A stretch of DNA of 64,000 nucleotides from an uncultured Bacilli bacterium (GTDB lineage Bacteria > Bacillota_I > Bacilli_A > RF39 > UBA660). This document shows, piece after piece, positions 38,789 to 47,573 of the stretch (position 1 is the first letter of the stretch; every line of letters begins with the position of its first letter). Both the position numbers and the translations under genes were made by a program. Location of the stretch: the NCBI GenBank assembly GCA_947627435.1, contig CANQWB010000003.1, positions 5,955 to 69,954 on the forward strand. Direction: 5' to 3'. The notes beneath the pieces are model-generated. The model ran no database searches, was not told where the DNA came from, and worked only from the letters and a program-made list of their open reading frames with translations.

Positions 38789-39715
38789 ATGTCAGAAATA
38801 GAAAAGTTAGATGATGAATTATTTAGAGCAATGCATGCATTGCCAAAAAGTGGGGATATATCTACGATATGGGAGCAAATCAAAAGTAGACCCGAAATAT
38901 TAAGAGAAGCTGTTAAAATTAAAAGAAATAAATGGAATAATGGAGATTTAGTTAATGGAATAACAATTTGCGCTGCAATGCTAATTGATTATGACAATGT
39001 TGATCAAGTAGCATACAATGAATTAATTCAGAATATTTATACAAATACAGATATTGCTAGGCTTACTATAGACGATGGCGATTCCTACTTATTAGCGAGT
39101 CTATGGAATAACAATCTCAAATTAACTGAAAAACAAAAAGCTTTTGCAGTGAATGAAGCAATGAATAGAATTGGGACTGTTAGATATGAAAATGCTATGA
39201 ATAATTATTCTAAAGAACTTGATGAAAAAGGGATTACAGATGATCAAATTATGTATACTGAATTTGGAGGTTCTATTCATCCTGTGGGTGCGAAAACAGG
39301 TAATATGTATATGGCAAGTATTTTTCATTCATTAAGTCCTGCTCAAGTTCATGGAGTTAATGATTTTGATATTAGATATTGGATACTCAAAAATCCTAAC
39401 TGGACTTTAGATGAAAAACAAAAATTGATCATGGATTTTTGGAATGATGACGAAGTTTATGATGAAACATTAGAACAATGGGACTGGAGCGTAGTCAATG
39501 ATAGTGCCAATTGTAAAGGTAAAGCAATGCCACCATTTGATAAATACCAAATGTTTGAATTTTCTTATGAAGAACTATTAAAATTCTATGGTGATAAAAA
39601 TACTACTGATAGAATCTGGAATGAAATACAATTTTGTAAACAGATGCATCAGTTAAGACCTCAACAATGGGCAAGAGAATTTTTTACACAAAAACAATTA
39701 GTTAAAGATATTTAA
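38789..39715 (+). CDS. Hypothetical protein (308 aa)
   Basis: GGGAGG RBS. No motif recognised. Confidence 0.5.
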   Translation: MSEIEKLDDELFRAMHALPKSGDISTIWEQIKSRPEILREAVKIKRNKWNNGDLVNGITICAAMLIDYDNVDQVAYNELIQNIYTNTDIARLTIDDGDSYLLASLWNNNLKLTEKQKAFAVNEAMNRIGTVRYENAMNNYSKELDEKGITDDQIMYTEFGGSIHPVGAKTGNMYMASIFHSLSPAQVHGVNDFDIRYWILKNPNWTLDEKQKLIMDFWNDDEVYDETLEQWDWSVVNDSANCKGKAMPPFDKYQMFEFSYEELLKFYGDKNTTDRIWNEIQFCKQMHQLRPQQWAREFFTQKQLVKDI

Positions 39716-39753
39716 AATTAAAAAAATAAAAAGCATCAAAAATATATTGTATT

Positions 39754-39779
39754 ATAGTTAGTAATTGATTACTAACTAT
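39754..39779 (+). terminator. Intrinsic terminator
   Basis: Perfect 12-bp stem ATAGTTAGTAAT tg ATTACTAACTAT, followed by TTTCTTTTG. Confidence 0.6.
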
Positions 39780-39795
39780 TTCTTTTGTCTGAAAA

Positions 39796-39850
39796 TTTGC
39801 CGTACTTCTTCCATAGGACACCAGTGGTGAATCTACTTGAACTTTTTTGA
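39796..39850 (+). repeat. Repeat unit copy 6 (degenerate terminal copy)
   Basis: TTTGCCGTACTTCTTCCATAGGACACCA, followed by GTGGTGAATCTACTTGAACTTTTTTG. No promoter or leader part. Confidence 0.6.
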
Positions 39851-40253
39851 GTATTGATATAAAAGATAACTTTTTAGGTTATTTTGATACACTTTTTAAA
39901 AACAAAATATATGTAAAATCATAAAGAAAAGATACGCGATTCGTATAATAGAAGTGAACAGTTAATTTGTTTATTTTCCCTCTTGAATGGCTGATTCTTC
40001 TAACATAAAAAATTGTGATTTATTTTTACGGAATTCCATAAAATTAGAATGAACAAAGTTGAATATTCATCATTTTTTAGGTCAAAAAATGAATTACTAG
40101 AACAAATGTAATAGGGATATATTTTAAAACAAATATATAATGCAGTTAAATAATAAAGATAATTGAATAATTGACAATGACTTGTCTTTTGTATTATGAA
40201 AAAAGATAGACTTGAAAGTATATATATGCTATCCTTATCATAAGGAGGACTAA

Positions 40254-40601
40254 ATGAAAAAAGAAATTAAAAATTTTGAAAAAATTGTAGGAATCGTTTT
40301 AATCGTACTTACTATGATTAGTTTAATCATTAATGCATTTATATATACCAATATGATTTATGATTGGACATATGATACAACAAATTTAAATAATATAGTA
40401 GTAAGTACACCATTTAATGTTATTATGTGGATAGACAACATTTTAATTTACGTATTTAGCTTGTTTTATATAATGAGTGCCATAGAATCTAAAAAAGATG
40501 TATTTGTCAAAATAAGTTTTTCTATTTTCAGCATAGTAACTAGTATTATTGCATCTAATTTTATCATCAATGGTGTAGCAAGTATATTTGGTATATTTTA
40601 A
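40254..40601 (+). CDS. Hypothetical integral membrane protein
   Basis: AGGAGG RBS and three to four hydrophobic segments. Confidence 0.5.
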   Translation: MKKEIKNFEKIVGIVLIVLTMISLIINAFIYTNMIYDWTYDTTNLNNIVVSTPFNVIMWIDNILIYVFSLFYIMSAIESKKDVFVKISFSIFSIVTSIIASNFIINGVASIFGIF

Positions 40602-40698
40602 AAATTCAAAAATCATTATTATTCTAGTAAAAAGAAAGACTTTTACAATAGTTGTAAAAGTCTTTTTTGCATATCTTAAAGTAGAAAGGAGAATCACT

Positions 40699-41871
40699 AT
40701 GTTTCCATGTAAAAATAATCCATGTGGTAAGTATACCAAAAAGGCATTAGATAAGATTGAACAAAGTGCTGCTTGTAAACCAGAAGGATTTTATATTCAA
40801 ACTGGAATCGTAGGTCCGACAGGTCCAACCGGTCCTATGGGGTTAGAAGGAATGCCAGGCCCTGAAGGAATACCAGGTGCAACAGGACCAACTGGGCCAC
40901 AAGGAGAAATAGGTCCTCAAGGGGAACCAGGCCCTTCCGCAACTATTATCATTGGTGATGTCATTACAGGTGTTTCAGAAGAAGATGCAACCATTGTAGA
41001 TACAGGTAGTGGCGATGAACATATTTTAAATTTTGTAATTCCACGTGGACCTACAGGTGAATCCGGTCCGACAGGACCAACTGGTCCTTCTGGAACAAGT
41101 GTTACAATTTTAGGTTCTTACGATGATGTTGGTCAACTAAATGCAGCGCATCCCACAGGAAATCCGGGAGATTCTTATTTGGTAGGCTCTGATTTATATG
41201 TATGGTCTCCTGAAACGAGGACATGGGAGGACGTTGGTGTGATTAGAGGGCCTCAAGGACTACCAGGACCGCAAGGCGAACAGGGTATTCCAGGATTACG
41301 TGGCCCACAAGGAGTACAAGGTATTCAAGGGTTAGAAGGACCACAAGGAGTACCAGGACCAACCGGCCCAACGGGACCAGCTGGACCTCAAGAAATTGGT
41401 ACAGTATACATTGTAACTTACAATAACAATGATCCAAATGGGTATGAAGTTTCTTCAAGTGAACGTTTACCGCTTTCTAGAGTTGCCATGGATAATACAC
41501 AATTATGTACGATAGATACGAGTATGCGTACGATGCAATTTGCCAAGGAAGGCGTATATCGTATAGATTTTATTGTATACGGATATAGAACAATCAGTGA
41601 TGCTTCACCAAATGATTTAATTTCTGTTGGTTTTAGAAGATTATACGATGGTACATTATATGCAGGTGCTAGTTGTTGGTATATGAACGAACAAAATAAA
41701 GCGATTGTAGGGCAAGGTATGTTTATTGTCGATAGTCCAGATAATGTATTTGAACTCGTAAATTTATCTCGACAATCCATTCGGTTAAATACACCAGATT
41801 TATCTTTGACTACTTCAGCATCCTACTTTGCAAATCCAGTTGTAACCATGTTGATTCAATATTTGGGATAA
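40699..41871 (+). CDS. Collagen-like triple-helix repeat protein (BclA-type exosporium/surface glycoprotein-like)
   Basis: Three G-X-Y blocks ([19 protein letters not shown]..., [38 protein letters not shown]...) plus a globular C-terminal domain. AGGAG RBS before ATG 40699. Locally much more GC-rich. Confidence 0.85.
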   Translation: MFPCKNNPCGKYTKKALDKIEQSAACKPEGFYIQTGIVGPTGPTGPMGLEGMPGPEGIPGATGPTGPQGEIGPQGEPGPSATIIIGDVITGVSEEDATIVDTGSGDEHILNFVIPRGPTGESGPTGPTGPSGTSVTILGSYDDVGQLNAAHPTGNPGDSYLVGSDLYVWSPETRTWEDVGVIRGPQGLPGPQGEQGIPGLRGPQGVQGIQGLEGPQGVPGPTGPTGPAGPQEIGTVYIVTYNNNDPNGYEVSSSERLPLSRVAMDNTQLCTIDTSMRTMQFAKEGVYRIDFIVYGYRTISDASPNDLISVGFRRLYDGTLYAGASCWYMNEQNKAIVGQGMFIVDSPDNVFELVNLSRQSIRLNTPDLSLTTSASYFANPVVTMLIQYLG

Positions 41872-41948
41872 AGAATAGATTTTTTTTCTTCTTATCTATT
41901 GTATAAATAAAACATAAATGGTCCATATTTATAGTAGGAGGAAAAAAT

Positions 41949-42377
41949 ATGGAAGAAAACATTAACGCATTAGATGAAATTCATAAAGGGGCTTGTATGG
42001 GTATGGATGCTTTGCATTTTGTACTAGATAAAGTAGAGGATAACAACTTAAAAGAGGTATTGGATACGGAATATGCACAGTATAAAAAAATCGCTGAACG
42101 TATTGAAGAAGTTTATCCAAAATATAATAATGGAGAACCACATAAAACAAGTGCAATGAATAAAATGATGACTTGGTATGGGATTGAAATGAAAACCATG
42201 ACCGACCATAGTGACTCTAAAATTGCGGAACTATTACTTAATGGCGTAAACATGGGTATTATTGAAGGAAAGAAGATTTTAAATAAAAAGAATATGGACG
42301 AAGAAGTTACAAATATCATCAATGAATATGTTTCAATGCAAGAACGTAGTGTAGAAGTATTAAAAGAATATTTATAA
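41949..42377 (+). CDS. Hypothetical helical protein (DUF2383/ferritin-like four-helix bundle, tentative)
   Basis: GGAGG RBS, 142 aa, helix-rich composition. Confidence 0.4.
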   Translation: MEENINALDEIHKGACMGMDALHFVLDKVEDNNLKEVLDTEYAQYKKIAERIEEVYPKYNNGEPHKTSAMNKMMTWYGIEMKTMTDHSDSKIAELLLNGVNMGIIEGKKILNKKNMDEEVTNIINEYVSMQERSVEVLKEYL

Positions 42378-42462
42378 TGACAAAATGTGTCAAATGGAAA
42401 GAACAAATATAATTTTGTTCTTTTTTTTATGTTATACTTAAAATAATATAGGTGGATTTAGA

Positions 42463-44172
42463 ATGAGAAGAAAAGAAAAAACAAGAATTAAAATAGAAAA
42501 TAAAAAGATATTAAGACGTACTTGGAAGGAATTTTTTATAAAGGCAATTACTTCTATTATGATGCGTGGTATTTTGTTAATCATTCCGATTTGGTACAGT
42601 AATGCGATTGACTTTGCATCTAAAGGTAATTTTGAAAAAGCTTATCATATTATTATCATTGCCTTACTTGTGTATATTGGATATTACATCATAGAATCCA
42701 TCAACAGTGTTTTCTATTGGAAACTCTACAATCGTTTATATAAAAGATATACCAAACTTGCGACTTATTCGACTTTTCAAAATTCTCTTTATAGTTTATC
42801 CCGTTTTAGTTTAGGTGAATATGAAAATATTTTAAATAACGATATTGATATCATTTGTTCGTTCTATTCCAATGGTGTGATCAGAGTGGTACAAATATTT
42901 GAGATCTTTATTATATTTGGATATTTTCTTTCTATCAATTTATTTGTATTTGGTTTGACAGCTTTTATATGCTTTATGATGATTTTGGTGTATGCCCTTT
43001 GTAGCGGAAAAATACAAAAATTGAATTCCTATCGTAAAATGAAATTAGATAAAAAAACCGCTACAATTCAAGAAATATTTTTGGGTATTAAAGAAATTAA
43101 GGGCTTACATGTATTAGATTATATCAATGGGCATATGAAAGAAAAAAGTATCGATTATTTAAATGCATATGCTAAATATGACTGCTTTGTAGTCAATGTA
43201 AAAGTATTTGTACTCGCTATGATACAATCTGCACGTTTTATACTTGTATTTTTTGGTTTATTTTTGATGTCTAAAGGTGAGATGACAGTTGGTACCATTA
43301 TGTTAATTTATAATTATTATCAAAAAATTGTCGATAATTTTGAAGTGGTCAATACAGTTAGTATTGAGTTGCAAAATTTAAAAGTATCCTTCTCAAGATT
43401 CAATAAAATTTTAGAATATTCTCATAATCAGGAAGATAATGGAAATACAAAAATTTCAAATTTTAAAGGAAATATTTCTTTTCAAGATGTATTATATGGA
43501 AATAGAAATGATCCTATTTTAAATGTAGTTAATTTCACCATTCCTGCCAACCAAATTACGGTCATTACGGGAAAAGCGGGTAGTGGTAAGACTGGTATCA
43601 TTGATTTATTATTGAAATTAAATCAGAAACACAATGGAGAAATTCAAATAGATGAAACACCTATTGAACAAATTGATGGAAGACTTTATTATAATTTAAT
43701 TTCTTCTGTTCGAAAGATTCCTAGTTTCTTTGATGGTTCTATTAAAGAAAATTTAATGTTGGTGGAACAAGATTTTAATAAGATTGTAGAAATTTGTAAG
43801 AAATTACAAATTCATGATGATATTTTACGTTTATCAAAAGGATATGACACACCTATTATCAGTAAAGAAGACAACATATCAAATAATTTAAAACAATTGA
43901 TTGCGATTGCTAGAGTATTTTTAAAACAATCAAAAATTATGTTATTTGACGAAGCAATTAGTGTTTTAGAGAAAGAAAGCAGTCAAATTGTAATGAATTT
44001 GCTACAAGAATTAAAAGGGGATCATACCATTGTGATTATTTCAAGAGAAAAAGAAATTGTACAGTCTGCAGACCAAATTATTGTTTTAGACCATAATGAA
44101 ATTGCCGAAGTGGGGACACATAGAAAATTATTAAAAAATAAAAATGTCTATTATGATTTATATGGTGGATAG
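42463..44172 (+). CDS. ABC exporter, fused permease/ATPase
   Basis: Six-TM N-terminal half, Walker A GKAGSGKT, Walker B IMLFDEA. The signature motif is degenerate (ISNNLKQ instead of LSGGQ). Confidence 0.8.
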   Translation: MRRKEKTRIKIENKKILRRTWKEFFIKAITSIMMRGILLIIPIWYSNAIDFASKGNFEKAYHIIIIALLVYIGYYIIESINSVFYWKLYNRLYKRYTKLATYSTFQNSLYSLSRFSLGEYENILNNDIDIICSFYSNGVIRVVQIFEIFIIFGYFLSINLFVFGLTAFICFMMILVYALCSGKIQKLNSYRKMKLDKKTATIQEIFLGIKEIKGLHVLDYINGHMKEKSIDYLNAYAKYDCFVVNVKVFVLAMIQSARFILVFFGLFLMSKGEMTVGTIMLIYNYYQKIVDNFEVVNTVSIELQNLKVSFSRFNKILEYSHNQEDNGNTKISNFKGNISFQDVLYGNRNDPILNVVNFTIPANQITVITGKAGSGKTGIIDLLLKLNQKHNGEIQIDETPIEQIDGRLYYNLISSVRKIPSFFDGSIKENLMLVEQDFNKIVEICKKLQIHDDILRLSKGYDTPIISKEDNISNNLKQLIAIARVFLKQSKIMLFDEAISVLEKESSQIVMNLLQELKGDHTIVIISREKEIVQSADQIIVLDHNEIAEVGTHRKLLKNKNVYYDLYGG

Positions 44173-44268
44173 AAATTGTGATACAATCTTTTTCTAGATG
44201 GTAGAATATTGATATTATTTAAAAAATCATATATAATAAAGCTGTATATATCACAAAGGAGTTAAAAA

Positions 44269-44892
44269 ATGAAAAAAACATATAAAATAATTCAATGGTG
44301 CAGTTACATAGGAATTTTCTTTTTTATAGGACAAATGCAAGTTTCAGCCAAAGGATGTAACATAAGCGATATTCCACCAGCTTTACCGGTTTTTACCAGT
44401 AATATTCTTAATTTAATTAAAATTATAGTTCCTATTTTACTTATTTTAATGGGAATGTTTGACTTTGCAAGATCAGTAATATCCAGTGATGAAAAGCAAA
44501 TGAAAGAATCTCAGAGTCGTTTTATTAGACGTGCATTGGCAGCTGTATTTATCTTCTTTGCAGTTGCAATTACTCAATTTGTATTTAATGCAATTGGTGC
44601 CGATAATGAAAATATCGTAGGTTGTATTGATTGTTTTGTAAATGGTGATTGTCAATTACCAGAATCTGAAAATAATCAAGAAGGAGAAAATACGGAAGAG
44701 AGTGAAGGCGGAGGCGGCCATCATATTAATCCCAATAGTGGTGCTTCACATGGTAGTGGCGGAAGAGAACATGAAACTAACCAAGAAGAAAATAATCAAA
44801 AAGGAGAAAATACAGAGGAAAATAAATATGTGTCTCCAAATGATGACACGAATAATCAAAAAGGACAAAATACGGAAAAAAATAAAAATTAA
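44269..44892 (+). CDS. Signal-peptide/membrane protein with a C-terminal NNQ(E/K)G(E/Q)NTE(E/K) repeat tail
   Basis: Signal-like N-terminus ending VSAKG, two TM helices, and three copies of a 27-nt repeat at 44671, 44791 and 44851. Confidence 0.5.
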   Translation: MKKTYKIIQWCSYIGIFFFIGQMQVSAKGCNISDIPPALPVFTSNILNLIKIIVPILLILMGMFDFARSVISSDEKQMKESQSRFIRRALAAVFIFFAVAITQFVFNAIGADNENIVGCIDCFVNGDCQLPESENNQEGENTEESEGGGGHHINPNSGASHGSGGREHETNQEENNQKGENTEENKYVSPNDDTNNQKGQNTEKNKN

Positions 44893-44969
44893 AGATTCAG
44901 ATTTTGACATTCTTAGAATATCATGTTATAATTGAGTTCGTTTAAAAGAACAATAGTAAGGTGGTAAAA

Positions 44970-45551
44970 ATGAAAATAAATTCTGTGGATTTGACAGTGA
45001 GTGCTGTAAGACGTAGTCAATATCCAACTGATAATAAGCCTGAATTTTTATTGGTAGGACGTTCTAATGTTGGAAAAAGTAGCTTTATTAATACATTGAT
45101 TAATCGTAAAAATTATGCCAGAACATCTTCAACACCGGGAAAAACACAGACTATTAATTTTTACTTAGTCAATGATGCCTTTTATCTTGTTGATGCCCCT
45201 GGATATGGATTTGCAAAACTAAGTAAAAATAAAAAGAAAAAATTTGGATTAATGATGGAAGACTATTTAACCAATCGTGATACATTAAAACAAGTATTTA
45301 TGTTAATTGATTTTCGTCATAAACCAAGTAGTGATGATATTTTAATGTATGATTTTTTAAAACATTATAAAATTCCAGTTACTATTGTTGCCACGAAAGC
45401 AGATAAAGTTGGAATTACGAAACAACATTCACAGAGAAGTATGATATTAAATGAGTTAGATCTAGTAGTAGGAGATGACTTTATCGTATTTTCCAATATC
45501 ACAAAAACTGGAAAAGTCGAAGTACAAGAAAAAATAGAGAGAATCATTTGA
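44970..45551 (+). CDS. engB: Ribosome biogenesis GTPase YsxC/EngB
   Basis: GRSNVGKSS, DAPGYG, TKADK. Confidence 0.9.
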   Translation: MKINSVDLTVSAVRRSQYPTDNKPEFLLVGRSNVGKSSFINTLINRKNYARTSSTPGKTQTINFYLVNDAFYLVDAPGYGFAKLSKNKKKKFGLMMEDYLTNRDTLKQVFMLIDFRHKPSSDDILMYDFLKHYKIPVTIVATKADKVGITKQHSQRSMILNELDLVVGDDFIVFSNITKTGKVEVQEKIERII

Positions 45552-45600
45552 TTACGGTCGCAAAAAGAATCAGTTTACATAAAATAGGTTAGGTGATTAT

Positions 45601-46077
45601 ATGAAACTGACTTTATATGATGAATCAAACATGATTCTTTTTTTAAATCACTTATCTATTTCCAAAATAGACTTCGAAGATAAAGAAGAATTAGAAAATT
45701 ATTTTCGAAATCTGTTTTGCAAATTACACGATCAATATCATATAGAAATTAGTGGATATTATCAAATTGATATTTATTTAGATGATTGCTACGGAGCAAT
45801 TATTGAAATGGAAAAAGAAGAATTAGATTATTATGTATATGATGAAAACCAAATTGATATGCGCATTTGTGTGCATCAAATACCGATTTTATATGAATTA
45901 GAAGAGTATCTTTCATTCAATAAACAAGATTATGACACTATTTATTATCATGGAAAATGGTATGTAAAACCAAAAAATAAAATTCATGATATTGATTTAG
46001 GACGACTTTTGGAATATGCGACTATTTATTATAATGAGGATACTTATCAAATTATTAAAAATGGAATTTACTTTTAG
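45601..46077 (+). CDS. Hypothetical protein
   Basis: ORF with an AGGTGA RBS. No motif recognised. Confidence 0.4.
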   Translation: MKLTLYDESNMILFLNHLSISKIDFEDKEELENYFRNLFCKLHDQYHIEISGYYQIDIYLDDCYGAIIEMEKEELDYYVYDENQIDMRICVHQIPILYELEEYLSFNKQDYDTIYYHGKWYVKPKNKIHDIDLGRLLEYATIYYNEDTYQIIKNGIYF

Positions 46078-46112
46078 AAATACATGTTATAATAGTAAAA
46101 AGAGGTGGAAAT

Positions 46113-47429
46113 ATGAAAAAACCAGTCGTTGCACTAGTTGGTAGACCTAATGTAGGAAAATCTACGATCTTTAATCGCTTAGTTGGTAAAAAAATTTCTA
46201 TTATAGAAGATACACCGGGGGTCACTAGAGATCGCATTTATGGAAATGTCCGTTATAAAGATTACCAATTTCACTTAATTGATACGGGTGGAATTGATGG
46301 TTCTGATGAAAACTTTAACCAAGAAATTAAAATGCAAGCTGAATTTGCGATTGAAGAAGCTGATGTCATTGTATTTGTTGTTGATGCCAAAGAAGGCCTT
46401 ACAAGTAATGATTTGTTAGTAAGAGATATGCTTCTAAAAAGTAGTAAAAAAGTAATAGTTGCCATTAATAAAGTAGATAGTAAACTATCAAAAGAATATA
46501 TATATGACTTTTATGAATTAGGATTTTCACATTATATTGAAACGAGTGGCGAACAAAATATAGGCGTTGATGAATTACTAGAATGCATTGTAGAAGATTT
46601 TAATACATATACTGATGAACCTTATGAAGATGGTACTATTCAATTTTCTATTATAGGACGACCAAATGTGGGAAAAAGCAGTTTGGTCAATGCCATTTTA
46701 AATGAAGAAAGAGCAATTGTAAGTGATGTTGCAGGAACCACACGTGATTCAATTGACACCCCTTTTAGTTACCATGGAAAACCATTTGTTGTAATAGATA
46801 CAGCTGGTATGCGAAAAAAAGGAAAAGTCTATGAAAAAATAGAAAAATACAGTTTATTACGTGCCATGAAAGCAATTGATCGCTCTCATGTATGTCTTTT
46901 GGTTATTAATGCAGAAGAGGGAATTATCGAACATGATAAACATATTGCTGGTTATGCATTAGATGCCGGGAAAGCAGTTGTTATTGTAGTAAACAAATGG
47001 GATACTGTAGAGAATAAGGATGAAAAAATGAAACAATTTACGAAAGAATTACGTGCTGAGTTTCAATTTTTATCTTATGCACCAATTGTATTTCTATCAG
47101 CGCTTACTAAAAAAAGAATTCATACATTGTTACCAGAAATTATTAAAGTGTATGAAAATAGTAAAAAAGAAATTAAGACAAGTGTTTTAAATGATGTTAT
47201 CGCAGATGCCTATAATCTAAATTTACCACCGTCATTTAGAGGAAAGCGACTAAAAATCTATTTTTCAACACAAGTAAGTACTTGTCCACCTACTTTCCAA
47301 ATTCAAGTGAACAATAAAGGATTAATCCATTTTTCATATGAACGTTATTTAGAAAATAAAATTAGAGAATCATTTGATTTTGAAGGAACACCGATTGTTT
47401 TACAATTTAAAAATAAAGGAGAACTCTAA
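46113..47429 (+). CDS. der: GTPase Der (EngA)
   Basis: Two GTPase domains (GRPNVGKST...DTGG...NKVD; GRPNVGKSS...DTAG...NKWD) plus a KH-like C-terminus. Confidence 0.95.
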   Translation: MKKPVVALVGRPNVGKSTIFNRLVGKKISIIEDTPGVTRDRIYGNVRYKDYQFHLIDTGGIDGSDENFNQEIKMQAEFAIEEADVIVFVVDAKEGLTSNDLLVRDMLLKSSKKVIVAINKVDSKLSKEYIYDFYELGFSHYIETSGEQNIGVDELLECIVEDFNTYTDEPYEDGTIQFSIIGRPNVGKSSLVNAILNEERAIVSDVAGTTRDSIDTPFSYHGKPFVVIDTAGMRKKGKVYEKIEKYSLLRAMKAIDRSHVCLLVINAEEGIIEHDKHIAGYALDAGKAVVIVVNKWDTVENKDEKMKQFTKELRAEFQFLSYAPIVFLSALTKKRIHTLLPEIIKVYENSKKEIKTSVLNDVIADAYNLNLPPSFRGKRLKIYFSTQVSTCPPTFQIQVNNKGLIHFSYERYLENKIRESFDFEGTPIVLQFKNKGEL

Positions 47430-47573
47430 TTTATAATAAGAGAAAAATCTAAATATATAGAATTTTATATGATATCTAATAGGGTTCTAGATTGTATTTT
47501 CCTTTTAAAAAACAAAACATACAGATGGATATAGTAAAAAAATATTACAGATAAAAAAGCACGTTAGTGCTTT

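Noticed and set aside
41243-41780. Minus-strand ORFs 41243-41458 and 41418-41780 opposite the collagen-like gene
   Set aside because: The reverse complement of G-X-Y repeats gives long stop-free Leu/Val-rich frames. This is an artefact of repeat composition.
44642-44935. Plus-strand ORF overlapping the 3' half of 44269-44892 in another frame
   Set aside because: It produces a Lys/Ile-rich low-complexity translation of the same repeat DNA and has no RBS. The signal-peptide-bearing frame is more plausible.
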